DNA from: an uncultured SAR86 cluster bacterium
GTDB taxonomy: Bacteria > Pseudomonadota > Gammaproteobacteria > Magnimaribacterales > D2472
NCBI GenBank assembly: GCA_902608115.1
Contig: CACLMT010000002.1
Span: 31,767 to 95,766 of the forward strand
DNA length: 64,000 nucleotides
Reading direction: 5' to 3'
Part shown: positions 26,568-36,933 of the stretch, piece by piece
How positions within the stretch are numbered: the first letter of the stretch is position 1
How the letters are laid out: each line of letters opens with the position of its first letter
Translations under genes and position numbers: made by a program
Notes under the pieces: generated by a model
Told to the model about the DNA's origin: nothing
Seen by the model: the letters and a program-made list of their open reading frames with translations, nothing else
The model's database searches: none

Positions 26568-27530
26568 ATGTCAAAAATACCATTAAACGAAACCAGCACA
26601 GAATTAAAAAATTACCTGCTTGCAAAGTCATACTTGGAATATATTCAATGGCAGCTAGCTGACTTAGACTTATTTACGTCTTTTGTTCCAATTGTAGAAC
26701 GAGCTGCAAAATATGGTCAATTGCAAGAACGATTGATTAATTTAGACGAATCAATTTCTAACGCCTATCAATTTAGAGATTTTACAAGCGAGATATCTAA
26801 AGATGCCTTTGATTTGTTGATTGCTCACACAATAAATTTTTACAATTACATCAACAATCAAGTAAAAAATTGTTTGAATGCCAGTAAAAAGTCTGATGAT
26901 ATTAATGCTGCTGACATACACTTTTTTACAACTTGTATAAAAAAATGGGATCTTTATAAAACTCTTTTACCTAGCGATCATTATGAGATTGGCTTTTTAG
27001 ATGCAGCTATTTTTTCAACTCGTGCTTTTTTAGAGGGATTCAAGGACGAGTCTTGTTACAAAATTGGCGAAGAGTTATCCATGAAATCAATGGATGAATT
27101 AGAAAAGATATATATTTCTATCACTCAAAACACTTATCTAGTTGATGAATATGCTTCACTGAAAATATTGAACAAGGATACCAGCGATGATCAAGAAGAT
27201 TTTAATAAGTTTCTTGGTCTGCATTTAGTCTCTATAGCGTGGAGTTATCGCCAGAGTCATTTATCTGCAAAAATATTTAAAAGTTTAATTGTTGATGCAG
27301 AACAATTATCTGAGCAAGAGGTTGATGTTTTGATAGGGTTTTGTGAATCGATAAGCACCGATTACATGGAGGCTTCAGCTGCTAAAACACAAATATTTCT
27401 CATCATTATTAAAAAGATATTTGATGTAGCGGGGTGTGAACTTCGAGAAGTTGATCTATTTTATCCTCCTAATGAGCCTGAAGAGATTTTTAATTCCAAA
27501 GAGTTTAAATATCTCAGAGATCTTCTATGA
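26568..27530 (+). CDS. Hypothetical cytoplasmic alpha-helical protein
   Basis: 320-aa ORF, acidic, no signal peptide, no recognised motif. Confidence 0.6.
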   Translation: MSKIPLNETSTELKNYLLAKSYLEYIQWQLADLDLFTSFVPIVERAAKYGQLQERLINLDESISNAYQFRDFTSEISKDAFDLLIAHTINFYNYINNQVKNCLNASKKSDDINAADIHFFTTCIKKWDLYKTLLPSDHYEIGFLDAAIFSTRAFLEGFKDESCYKIGEELSMKSMDELEKIYISITQNTYLVDEYASLKILNKDTSDDQEDFNKFLGLHLVSIAWSYRQSHLSAKIFKSLIVDAEQLSEQEVDVLIGFCESISTDYMEASAAKTQIFLIIIKKIFDVAGCELREVDLFYPPNEPEEIFNSKEFKYLRDLL

Positions 27531-27628
27531 ACAAAATTGTAAGAGTTAAATGCTTACCAAGTGCATACAATCATTCTTATAATATAATTATTAATCCTTG
27601 AAGAATTTATAAATATCCATTTCAAAGT

Positions 27629-27997
27629 TTAGTTTATATCCAATGCGTACTCTCTAAGAATTTTGAGAGGAACTAATTCTAAGGTTTTGATATGCGTCTT
27701 AGTGAGATAAATTTTTGGAGCGCAATTTGCTTCAAAGGCTTCCACCCATCTTGGAGCACACAAACACCAATCATCTCCTGCTTTAAGACCTGGAAAACCA
27801 TATTCTGTCACGGGTGTTGAAAGATCATTACCCTTGTATTTAGAAAAAGCTAAAAATTCCTCAGTCATGTTAACGCAAACTGTGTGTATGCCATGATCGG
27901 ATTCATAAGTTTCGCAATAACCACTGCGGGTAAAACCTGTGATTGGATTTTCACAGCAAACTGTCATTACTTCTCCAAAAACATTTAACTGATCCAT
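27629..27997 (-). CDS. DUF2237 family protein
   Basis: NVFGE...C...P.TGF.R.GYC, GNDLSTP, GD.WCLCA.RW. Confidence 0.9.
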   Translation of the reverse strand: MDQLNVFGEVMTVCCENPITGFTRSGYCETYESDHGIHTVCVNMTEEFLAFSKYKGNDLSTPVTEYGFPGLKAGDDWCLCAPRWVEAFEANCAPKIYLTKTHIKTLELVPLKILREYALDIN

Positions 27998-28053
27998 TAA
28001 AAGATTATACGATTTATTTACTTAATGAGATAAATTAACTAGGTCCTAGAGAT

Positions 28054-28299
28054 CTAAAAAAAAATAGGTCCAGATACCTCTATTTTAGAAGCGTTAAGCA
28101 AATTAAAAAATCGTTCCCATAAGTCTTGTTGATGTTTTTGTTTCAAGTCATTTGGAAAACCTACTGATCCGCAACTACCAACTCTTACCCAGGCACTGGA
28201 AAATCTAAGGTATGGGTCTTGCTTAAATGTGAAATAGTATGCGCATGAACCAGTATTCAGGGTTACATGATAAATAGTTTTTTTGTCGTTTTTATTCAT
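28054..28299 (-). CDS. Small hypothetical protein under putative SAM riboswitch control
   Basis: 81 aa; GGAG RBS 6 nt before the ATG; directly downstream of the riboswitch. Confidence 0.6.
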   Translation of the reverse strand: MNKNDKKTIYHVTLNTGSCAYYFTFKQDPYLRFSSAWVRVGSCGSVGFPNDLKQKHQQDLWERFFNLLNASKIEVSGPIFF

Positions 28300-28304
28300 T
28301 TTTT

Positions 28305-28391
28305 CTCCATTAGTTGTTGAATAACCACATCATTTTTCCACCTTGCCGGAGTCGGCAGGTTGGAGAGGAATTTAATCCTGCTCTTGATGCT
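28305..28391 (-). promoter_or_regulatory. SAM-I/IV-type riboswitch
   Basis: GCAUCAAGAG...CCAACC-UGCCG-ACUC-CGGCA-AGGUGG-AAAAAUGAUG; P1 CAUCA/UGAUG; P5-like hairpin; L3 CUCC complementary to the GGAG RBS; TG-n-TATAAT promoter at 28397-28405. Confidence 0.75.
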
Positions 28392-28425
28392 TGTGTATTA
28401 TATCAATTTTTTGAAAATAATCATT

Positions 28426-29634
28426 TTATATTTTAGCTCTATTGATAAAGGGAAGAACTCCTAGGTTTAGGATAGAGTAAATTAATAATCCTGAAGAAAT
28501 TTGAGTCATTACTGATTCTTGATAAGTGACAAGATAAATCAATAAACATAAGCTTATCCTTATCGTTTCTGCTAAATAACCTGTTTTATTATCAAGCCAT
28601 AAAGATGTGCAATACATTGTAAAAGCCATCATAGCAATGGTGATGCAAAGTTGTTGATAATTTAATTCTCCGCTCTCAAGTAACACAAGACCCACATAAG
28701 TCATAGATATAAATTGAAAGAATGCATAAATTTTAATCTTTGAAGGAACTACTGGGTTGTACTTCTTAAATGTCTCTGGATTAAAATTATCATTTGATTC
28801 AGGGTATGGGAGGCTGCTAGGTTTCCAACCAGTTCTTGCAAAGGGAACATGAATTTTTTCTTTCCAATTTTGTGCATTCCACATATCTTTAAAGATACTT
28901 ACATAAATATGTAGGTTAGCCCAAATAGGATTAAAGGTGTTTAAGGTTCCCCTAATCCCATAAATACAAGCTTCATTTTCATCTTCTTCTTTAAAGGTTC
29001 CAAACATCCGATCCCAAACAATAAAAACTCCACCATAATTTTTATCAATATAGTTTTCATTTTGTGCATGATGAACTCTATGATTCGAAGGTGTTACAAA
29101 CAATAACTCATACCAACCTAATTTAGGAATATGCTCGCTGTGCACCCAAAATTGATAAATAAGATTAATGGAGGCAACGCTCACAAAAACGTAAGAGGGC
29201 ACTCCAATCCAAAATACTGGGATATAAAAAACCCAAGTAAGCAGCGCCCCTGTTCCAGTTTGTCTTAGAGCTGTACTTAAGTTGTAATCTTCACTTTGAT
29301 GGTGAGCAACATGTGATGCCCAAAAGATTTGTCTTTCATGGCTTATCCGATGAAACCAGTAATAAAAAAAATCATAAACAACAAATGCAAAAACCCATGT
29401 TAACGGAGAAGAGGCATCCATTCGCCATAATGCAAAATAAGTTTCTGTTAAGTAAAAGACATAACCACCAAGACCTATAAAGATAAGATTATTTGCTGAT
29501 CTAAGAGATCCCATAAACAAGCTACTAATAGCATCGTTTAATCTATAGGTATTATTTTTCTTAATCACACCATAAGCCAACTCAATTAATATAGCTAATA
29601 GAAAAAAAGGAACCGCATAAGGCACATAGTCCAT
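28426..29634 (-). CDS. Sterol desaturase/alkylglycerol monooxygenase family protein
   Basis: His boxes YWFHRISH, HVAHH, QFWVH, HRVHH; KNYGG...WDRMFGTF. Confidence 0.88.
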   Translation of the reverse strand: MDYVPYAVPFFLLAILIELAYGVIKKNNTYRLNDAISSLFMGSLRSANNLIFIGLGGYVFYLTETYFALWRMDASSPLTWVFAFVVYDFFYYWFHRISHERQIFWASHVAHHQSEDYNLSTALRQTGTGALLTWVFYIPVFWIGVPSYVFVSVASINLIYQFWVHSEHIPKLGWYELLFVTPSNHRVHHAQNENYIDKNYGGVFIVWDRMFGTFKEEDENEACIYGIRGTLNTFNPIWANLHIYVSIFKDMWNAQNWKEKIHVPFARTGWKPSSLPYPESNDNFNPETFKKYNPVVPSKIKIYAFFQFISMTYVGLVLLESGELNYQQLCITIAMMAFTMYCTSLWLDNKTGYLAETIRISLCLLIYLVTYQESVMTQISSGLLIYSILNLGVLPFINRAKI

Positions 29635-29687
29635 AGTTAAAATTATAAAAGCTAATTAAACTATTGTGTAATATCTACAGAAGAGTA

Positions 29688-31025
29688 TTAAATTTTTACT
29701 GGCATTTCTTGAATGGCATGAACAAAGTTGTTGGGAGCAACCTTCCATTCTCCATTCATGTGAATATCAGGAAAACGAGATAAAATTTGTTTATAAGCTT
29801 CTTCTAATTGCATTAGAGCAACAGGTTTACCGATGCAAGTATGTCTCCCAATTCCAAATGCTAAATGTTTATCAGCATTCTCCCTTTCAATATCAAATTG
29901 ATTTGGATTCATAAAAACTGATGGATCCCTGTTAGCTGCTCCATACCACATAATAATTTTTTCTCCTTTACCAATTCGCTGTTCACCAATTTGTGTTTCA
30001 CACGTTGAAGTCCTTCGCATGTGCATAACAGGTGATACCATCCGAATACATTCTTGTAAAAAATTAGGCATTAAATCTTTATTCTTTAATAACTTTTCTT
30101 TTTGATCAGGATTCTCAGTAAGGAGCTTTATAGCACCGCTTAATGTATTTCTAGTTGTATCATTGCCAGCAAAAATAATTAATAACCAAGAACCATCAAG
30201 AAATTCTGGACTAAGTTTTTGACCTTCTAGTTCAGCGTTAGCAATTGCTGACAATAAATCATTTGCTGGATTTTTTCTTTTAGAATTTAGAATATCTCTA
30301 CCATATTCAAACATCTCATCAACCATGTTATTAAACATGTTAATCATGTCAGTGTTAGGGGTTTTATTGGCTCGTAATTTTAGTTGTTCAATTTGCATGT
30401 ATTGGGCTAACTCTAAAAACTCCATCCATGTTACTAGCTTTGGTCGATCTTCATCGGGGATGCCGAGTATTTCAGACAATGTAAAGATAGGTAGTTGTTG
30501 TGAAAACTCATGAACAAAATTAAATTCTTTTTTAGTTTCCATAGCATCAAGGAGAATAGTAACTTTTGTTTGAACTTTAGTTCTTAAATCAGCGATATAA
30601 TCTGGCTTAAAAAAAGGCATATGCTCTCGTCTTAGATTTATATGTAAATCACCATCAAGGTTGAGCATGTGGTCAATTGATGATGGCCATAACTTTGGGT
30701 GGCGTCTTTCTTCACTTCCAAGAGTCATTAGAGTTGCAGTACCAATTTGTGAAGAGAAAGTTTTAGGATCTGATGACACTTTTATAATATCTTTATAGCG
30801 TGTTAAAGACCAAAAACCTGGTTCCACATCAGCTAAAAAAGCTGGGTGAAAATATATAGGCGCTAATTTACGCATTTTTTCAAAGTGTTCGTAAGGCGGA
30901 CCTTTTGTAAAAATATTTAAATCTGAAAAATTTATTTCAGCTTTATAGTTATAAATAAGAGGGTACTTGTTTGGATTGAATTGAGTTTTGATAACCTCTT
31001 TGCTAATCGAAATTGGTTGATTCAT
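29688..31025 (-). CDS. Cytochrome P450
   Basis: AGNDTT I-helix, ExxR (ECIR), FGIGRHTCIG heme-binding motif. Confidence 0.95.
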   Translation of the reverse strand: MNQPISISKEVIKTQFNPNKYPLIYNYKAEINFSDLNIFTKGPPYEHFEKMRKLAPIYFHPAFLADVEPGFWSLTRYKDIIKVSSDPKTFSSQIGTATLMTLGSEERRHPKLWPSSIDHMLNLDGDLHINLRREHMPFFKPDYIADLRTKVQTKVTILLDAMETKKEFNFVHEFSQQLPIFTLSEILGIPDEDRPKLVTWMEFLELAQYMQIEQLKLRANKTPNTDMINMFNNMVDEMFEYGRDILNSKRKNPANDLLSAIANAELEGQKLSPEFLDGSWLLIIFAGNDTTRNTLSGAIKLLTENPDQKEKLLKNKDLMPNFLQECIRMVSPVMHMRRTSTCETQIGEQRIGKGEKIIMWYGAANRDPSVFMNPNQFDIERENADKHLAFGIGRHTCIGKPVALMQLEEAYKQILSRFPDIHMNGEWKVAPNNFVHAIQEMPVKI

Positions 31026-33745
31026 TATTTAATGATTACTATTTGTCCAAGATTTAGATTTCTAATTGGTTCTTCAATTTTTTCTAGGTCCCCAACAATC
31101 AACCAAGTCCATTGATTTGGTTTAATGTATTTTTGTGCTTTGGCTTGAACTTGTTCTAATGTAGGCTTGTCTAGCAATTGAGGTAATTGATTTAAATAAT
31201 TTAAATCTCTGTTGTAAATTACTATATCTGAAACGCCACTTTTTAAGGCTCCTAAAGTCTCAAACCGACCAGGAAGTCTTAAGGTTTTTGAAGCTTTTCC
31301 TTTAGCTAACTCCTCATCCGTTACCATGTTTGTTGAAAGATATGCGTCATACTCTTTTATAATTTCAGATATTGATTCTGAAGTTTTATCTGTTTGAACA
31401 GGAGCTGTTACTAGCATAGCTCTTTGACCTTTAGCATCACTTAATCGAGTTCTTACGCCATACGACCAACTTTTATCTTCTCTAAGGTTCATATTCAGTC
31501 TAGCTGTAAAACTGCCTCCAATTGCATAATTCATATAATCCAGTTCAATTTCTTCATTTGTGGCTGTGGGAGGTAAAAGTTGGCCAGCCACAATATACGA
31601 TTGTTGAGCATTTGGTTTGTCTATCAGATATACGACCCTAGTTATTGGAAGAGGGACCTTTGATAAAGTTTTTAGAGGATTGCTTGAAATATCTGTCCAA
31701 TCCCCAAATTTTTCTTCTAGCATTTCTACAATCTTATCTAGAGCAATATCACCAGCTACTACAAAAGTAAGGTTATTTGGATTGATAGCTCTTTTATGAA
31801 TATCAACAATGTTATCTCGAACAATTGCTTCAATTGTTGATGAGACACCACTTCCAGTTAAAGGTTTTCCATAAGGGTGATCCTCTCCATAAAGCAATTT
31901 ACCTATATTTCTATAAGCTATTGAAACGGGTCTATTTTCCTCTTGGATAATAGATGCAAGCGTTTGTTTCTTAATCCTATTTATTTCATCAACAGGGAAG
32001 GTTGGGTGGATTAAAGCTTCTTTAGCAAGATCTAAAGTTTTTGAAAGATTAGAGTTTAATGATGACAAGGAAACAAATGAAGTATCTAAGCCTGAACCAA
32101 AACTCAAATTTGAACCTAGCGAATCCAAGGCTTCATCAAACTTGAGAGAAGAGTATTTTTTAGTACCTTCATTTAACATATCCATCATAAAGTTTGTATA
32201 ACCAAGCTCTTTAGGATTTTCTTGTGCATATCCAAAGTTAAATTGAAAATTCATTTCTACTAACGGGACCCCAGAGCGTTGAGCTAAAACAACCTTTGCT
32301 CCATTGGAAAGCGTCGCTGTTTGGAGATCTGGAAATTTAAATGAAACTTTATCTGATGGGTAGGGTATTCCTTTTGAGCGGTCTATATCTGTTGGATTAA
32401 TATTATATTTATCAGAAGGTAATATTGTTAAGACATAAGGAGTATCATCAATCCACTTTGCAAATGTTGCCTTTATTTTAGATGTTGTTGCCTTATCAAT
32501 AAAAGCAGCATTTTCTCTATAACAACCTGGATTCCCTGTAAATGTCTGACATGTGGCGAGTAGGTCTGATTTACCTCCAAAACCTCCAATACGCTGAATT
32601 CCTCTTATAAATCCTGCTAGAGCTTTAGTTTTTTCAGTTTTTAGTAATTTAGTATCAGGACCTTTTTTAATAAATGAGTTCATCACATCATCTAATGCAT
32701 TCTCAACCATTAGAGGATCTTCACCAGACACTACATCTACAATAATAATAAAAAGTCCTGCAATTTCACGATCATAATAAAATGCAGTTACATTTGTGGC
32801 TATTTGGTTTTTATAAACTAGTTCTTTATATAAAGGTGAATTTTTCCCACCAGTTAAAACGCTTGAAGCTAGATCAAAGTGAGCAGCTGCTTCTGTATCT
32901 CTTTCAGGCACATTCCATATCTTATAAATTCTAGCTTGGGGGACATTATCAAACATTATTTCGCGCTTTTCTTCGGATCTTTTAGCTATCCATTTTTCTG
33001 GTTTTGTTAGAGGAGGACCCGCAGGGATATCACCAAAAAATTTGGTTACCTTTTCTTTTGCAGTCTCTAAATCTATATCACCAGCCAATGCTAAAACTGC
33101 ATTATTTGGACCATAGTAAGTTTTAAACCAATCTTGCACATCTTCAAGAGAAGCCGCATCTAAATCTTCCATAGAACCAATAGTTGACCATGAATAAGGA
33201 TGTCCTTTTGGAAAAGCCGATTCACTAATTTTAGAAAAAGCTCTTCCGTAAGGTTGATTTTCTCCTTGTCGCTTCTCATTCTGTACTACGCCTCTTTGTT
33301 CATCTAGTTTTTCTTGATCAACAACGCCAAGTAAATGACCCATTCGATCAGATTCCATCCATAAAGCTAGGTCAAGAGCATTAGTGGGAACATTTTGAAA
33401 ATAATTAGTTCTATCAGAATTTGTAGTTCCATTCTGATCAGTTGAACCTATTTTTTCAAAAGGTTCAAAATATTCACTATTGTAATTTTCAGTTCCATTA
33501 AACATTAAATGTTCAAATAAATGAGCAAAACCAGTTTTACCAAATTTTTCATTTTTTGATCCAACGTGATACCAAACGTTAATAGCGACCATAGGTACTT
33601 TATGATCTTCATGAACAACAACCGTTAGGCCATTATTAAGGGTAAAACTCTCATATTTAATTTCAGGCAAATCATCCAATAATGAAGCTTGAGTTAAAAC
33701 GGTTAAAGTAATATTTAATGTTAATAATTGAAAAAATTTTTTCAT
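31025..33745 (-). CDS. M16 family (pitrilysin/PqqL-like) zinc peptidase
   Basis: Inverted HxxEH motif (HLFEH), LREDKSWSYG, signal peptide. Confidence 0.93.
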   Translation of the reverse strand: MKKFFQLLTLNITLTVLTQASLLDDLPEIKYESFTLNNGLTVVVHEDHKVPMVAINVWYHVGSKNEKFGKTGFAHLFEHLMFNGTENYNSEYFEPFEKIGSTDQNGTTNSDRTNYFQNVPTNALDLALWMESDRMGHLLGVVDQEKLDEQRGVVQNEKRQGENQPYGRAFSKISESAFPKGHPYSWSTIGSMEDLDAASLEDVQDWFKTYYGPNNAVLALAGDIDLETAKEKVTKFFGDIPAGPPLTKPEKWIAKRSEEKREIMFDNVPQARIYKIWNVPERDTEAAAHFDLASSVLTGGKNSPLYKELVYKNQIATNVTAFYYDREIAGLFIIIVDVVSGEDPLMVENALDDVMNSFIKKGPDTKLLKTEKTKALAGFIRGIQRIGGFGGKSDLLATCQTFTGNPGCYRENAAFIDKATTSKIKATFAKWIDDTPYVLTILPSDKYNINPTDIDRSKGIPYPSDKVSFKFPDLQTATLSNGAKVVLAQRSGVPLVEMNFQFNFGYAQENPKELGYTNFMMDMLNEGTKKYSSLKFDEALDSLGSNLSFGSGLDTSFVSLSSLNSNLSKTLDLAKEALIHPTFPVDEINRIKKQTLASIIQEENRPVSIAYRNIGKLLYGEDHPYGKPLTGSGVSSTIEAIVRDNIVDIHKRAINPNNLTFVVAGDIALDKIVEMLEEKFGDWTDISSNPLKTLSKVPLPITRVVYLIDKPNAQQSYIVAGQLLPPTATNEEIELDYMNYAIGGSFTARLNMNLREDKSWSYGVRTRLSDAKGQRAMLVTAPVQTDKTSESISEIIKEYDAYLSTNMVTDEELAKGKASKTLRLPGRFETLGALKSGVSDIVIYNRDLNYLNQLPQLLDKPTLEQVQAKAQKYIKPNQWTWLIVGDLEKIEEPIRNLNLGQIVIIK

Positions 33746-33814
33746 GAATTTCTGCCCCTATGATTGTTGAATATATTTTATACTTTAGTTAGTAGAATAT
33801 GTATATAGATATAA

Positions 33815-35476
33815 ATGAAATTAAATAGTTCAAAAAAATTTAATCAATTAACTTTAATATCTCTATCTTTGATCGTAGCTTTATTTATTACTAGTTGCTC
33901 AGATACTTTAAGTGATACAACTGATGGGAGATTAAGATATTGGATTTCAACTCTATCTTCGGATGAGTTTGAAGGTCGTGCGCCAGGAACACCTGGAGGA
34001 CAATTAACAAAGAATTTTATTTCTCAATCTTTCCAAGATTTTGATCTTCAACCTATAACTAATGATTATTTTCTTGATGTTCCTACATCGGAAATTACTT
34101 TAAAAGATTCATCTTATTTAACTCTCTCATTTAGAGGTGATGATAGGAAAATGATAACCGGTGAGGAAGTTGTTTTTTGGACAAAACATGCAAGGGATTA
34201 TAGAAAAATAAGAGATAGCGAAGTTGTATTTGTTGGGTATGGAATTGTTGCGCCCGAGTACGATTGGAATGATTACGAAGGAATAGATGTTACAGGAAAA
34301 ACCGTTCTGATATTGGTAAATGATCCTGGTTTTGCTACTGGAAAATTAAGACTCTTCAACGGTAGATCAATGACTTATTATGGAAGATGGACTTATAAAT
34401 TTGAAGAAGCTGCAAGACAAGGTGCTGCTGCAGCTATCATTGTTCATGAAGAAGAACCGGCAGCATATCCATGGAGTGTTGTTGAAAATAGTTGGCAAGG
34501 CCCTCAATTAGACTTACAAAGAGATGATTTAGGAGCTGAGCGAGTTATCTTAGAGAGCTGGATTAGAGACCATGTTTTGGACGATGTTTTAAAATTTACA
34601 GGATTTAACTATTTAGCTTTAAAAGAAATTGCTTTAGAAAAAACATTTTCACCTTTTCCTTTTAGGGGTTTGACTCTTAGTTCAGAAATATTTAATAAAG
34701 TTAGGTATTTACAATCACATAATATAGGCGCAATTAAACATGGAAGAACTAAACCAAATGAATATATTTTATTTATGGCTCATTGGGATCATCTAGGAAA
34801 GGTTAAAGCTATTAAACCTGGTGATGATATTATTTTTAATGGTGCTGTGGATAATGCTACTGGGGTAGCATCTATACTGGAACTTGCAAAACGCTATTCA
34901 GAAATTGATACTGAACGATCTGTTATATTTTTAGCTGTAACATTGGAAGAATCTGGATTGCTTGGTTCAGAGTATTTTGCAAAATATCCACCAATAGATT
35001 TATCCCATGTTGTATCTGGGTTTAATTTTGATGCGATTCTTCCGACAGGCTTAACTAATGATATGGTTGTAGTTGGTTATGGAGCATCTGAACTCGAAGA
35101 TCTATTAGAAGAAGAGCTTTCTAAAGAAGGTAGATATGTAAATCCAGATCCAAATCCTGAAAAAGGGTATTTTTATCGATCTGATCATATTAGTTTTGCT
35201 AAACGAGGTGTTCCTATGTTGTATGCCGATGGGGGATTTGATCTTGTTAATGGTGGTAAGGCTGCTGGTTTTGTAATAGAAGATGGATACAGAGTTGATG
35301 CCTACCATGGCGTTGCTGATGAATATTCTGAGTCTTGGGACTTAACAGGCCTTAATCAATCAATTGATGTTATATATGCAATTAGCTTAGAACTTGCAAA
35401 TAATTCACAATGGCCAAATTGGTATGACGGAAATGAATTTAAAGCAATTAGAGATCAATCTAGACAATTTGAATGA
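33815..35476 (+). CDS. M28 family aminopeptidase with PA domain (lipoprotein)
   Basis: AHWDHLG, GAVDNATG, EESGLLGS, RSDH, YH motifs. Confidence 0.92.
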   Translation: MKLNSSKKFNQLTLISLSLIVALFITSCSDTLSDTTDGRLRYWISTLSSDEFEGRAPGTPGGQLTKNFISQSFQDFDLQPITNDYFLDVPTSEITLKDSSYLTLSFRGDDRKMITGEEVVFWTKHARDYRKIRDSEVVFVGYGIVAPEYDWNDYEGIDVTGKTVLILVNDPGFATGKLRLFNGRSMTYYGRWTYKFEEAARQGAAAAIIVHEEEPAAYPWSVVENSWQGPQLDLQRDDLGAERVILESWIRDHVLDDVLKFTGFNYLALKEIALEKTFSPFPFRGLTLSSEIFNKVRYLQSHNIGAIKHGRTKPNEYILFMAHWDHLGKVKAIKPGDDIIFNGAVDNATGVASILELAKRYSEIDTERSVIFLAVTLEESGLLGSEYFAKYPPIDLSHVVSGFNFDAILPTGLTNDMVVVGYGASELEDLLEEELSKEGRYVNPDPNPEKGYFYRSDHISFAKRGVPMLYADGGFDLVNGGKAAGFVIEDGYRVDAYHGVADEYSESWDLTGLNQSIDVIYAISLELANNSQWPNWYDGNEFKAIRDQSRQFE

Positions 35477-36933
35477 ATCAAGTGATGCATAAGGACGTTA
35501 TTGTTGTGGGTGCCGGTATATCAGGAATTGCTGCTGGACATAATTTACAAAAAAGCTGTCCATCTAAATCATTTGCTATTCTTGAAGGAAGAAATTCAAT
35601 TGGCGGGACGTGGGACTTGTTCAAGTATCCAGGTATAAGATCCGATTCCGATATGCATACGCTAGGATTTCGTTTTAAACCATGGATTCATAGAAAATCT
35701 ATTGCAGACGCACCATCCATTATGGATTATTTAAATGAAACCGTAGATGAATCTTCATTAAGAGATAAGATTATGTATAAGCATAAAGTTATTTCAGCGA
35801 ATTGGATTTCTAAAAAATCAATTTGGGAGCTTGAAGTTTTAGATAATCTTCAGAATAAAAGAATAACGTGTAATTTTCTATTTTTATGTGGCGGTTATTA
35901 TAGTTATGACAATGCATATCAGCCTCAATTTCATGGCCAAAAAAATTTTCAAGGACCTATTATTCATCCACAATTTTGGGATGAAACATTAGATTATTCT
36001 AATAAACAAGTGGTGGTTATAGGCAGTGGAGCAACTGCTGTAACTATTGTGCCAGCGTTAACCGATAAAGCTAAACATGTTGTTATGCTTCAACGCTCTC
36101 CTAGCTATCTTGTCTCTGCCCCAGCTGAAGATGCTTGGAGTAAGAGGCTGAATAAAATTCTTCCTATTAAATTAAGTTATTTTTTGGTTCGATGGAAAAA
36201 TATTTTAGCAGTCAGTTTATTATTTTATTTATCCAGAAGATTTCCAAATAGAATAAAAGAAAAAATTATAAATTCAGTTCGAGAGGAACTGGGGGATGAT
36301 TTTGATATAGAGAAGCATTTTACTCCTAAATATAATCCATGGGATCAACGAATGTGTCTTGTTCCTGACAGCGATTTTTTTAACTCAATTAATAAAGGCA
36401 CTGCCTCTGTTGTTACTGATGTAATAGACAAATTTACAGAAGATGGCATTTTATTAAAATCAGGAAAGACATTAAAAGCAGATATCATTGTTACTGCAAC
36501 AGGGTTTGAGCTAATTGCTCTAAATGGTATAGCAGTATCACTGGATGGTATTAAAGTAGAAGCAAATAACAAGCTTTCATATAAGGGGATGATGTTAAGT
36601 GGTGTTCCTAATCTTGCATTTTCATTTGGATATGTAAATGCATCATGGACTCTTAGAGCTGATTTAACTTGTGAATATGTTTGCCGATTGTTAAATCAAA
36701 TGGAAAAAGAGGGCGCTACTGCATGTTGTCCCGAAGAAGACCCCAAGGCTGAAGCTGACGATGAGTACATTGATTTTACTTCAGGATATGTCCAAAGAGG
36801 TCGTAACAGATTACCTAAACAAGGAATGAAGGCTCCATGGAGAAATTATCAAAATTATTTAATTGATATATTTTTAGTTAGAATGTTTTCTATCAAAGAT
36901 TCTACCTTACGTTTTTATAATGCAAATGAATAA
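35473..36933 (+). CDS. Flavin-containing (Baeyer-Villiger) monooxygenase, EthA-like
   Basis: GAGISG, GGTWDLFKYPGIRSDSD, F.G.IIHPQFW, IGSGATA, ATG motifs. Confidence 0.92.
   Translation: MNQVMHKDVIVVGAGISGIAAGHNLQKSCPSKSFAILEGRNSIGGTWDLFKYPGIRSDSDMHTLGFRFKPWIHRKSIADAPSIMDYLNETVDESSLRDKIMYKHKVISANWISKKSIWELEVLDNLQNKRITCNFLFLCGGYYSYDNAYQPQFHGQKNFQGPIIHPQFWDETLDYSNKQVVVIGSGATAVTIVPALTDKAKHVVMLQRSPSYLVSAPAEDAWSKRLNKILPIKLSYFLVRWKNILAVSLLFYLSRRFPNRIKEKIINSVREELGDDFDIEKHFTPKYNPWDQRMCLVPDSDFFNSINKGTASVVTDVIDKFTEDGILLKSGKTLKADIIVTATGFELIALNGIAVSLDGIKVEANNKLSYKGMMLSGVPNLAFSFGYVNASWTLRADLTCEYVCRLLNQMEKEGATACCPEEDPKAEADDEYIDFTSGYVQRGRNRLPKQGMKAPWRNYQNYLIDIFLVRMFSIKDSTLRFYNANE

Noticed and set aside
27560-27587. 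Weak dif/Xer-like site AGTGCATACAA-TCATTC-TTATAATATAA at the right edge of the ECF locus
   Set aside because: Only 7/11 matches per arm in AT-rich DNA, and no convincing partner at the left edge
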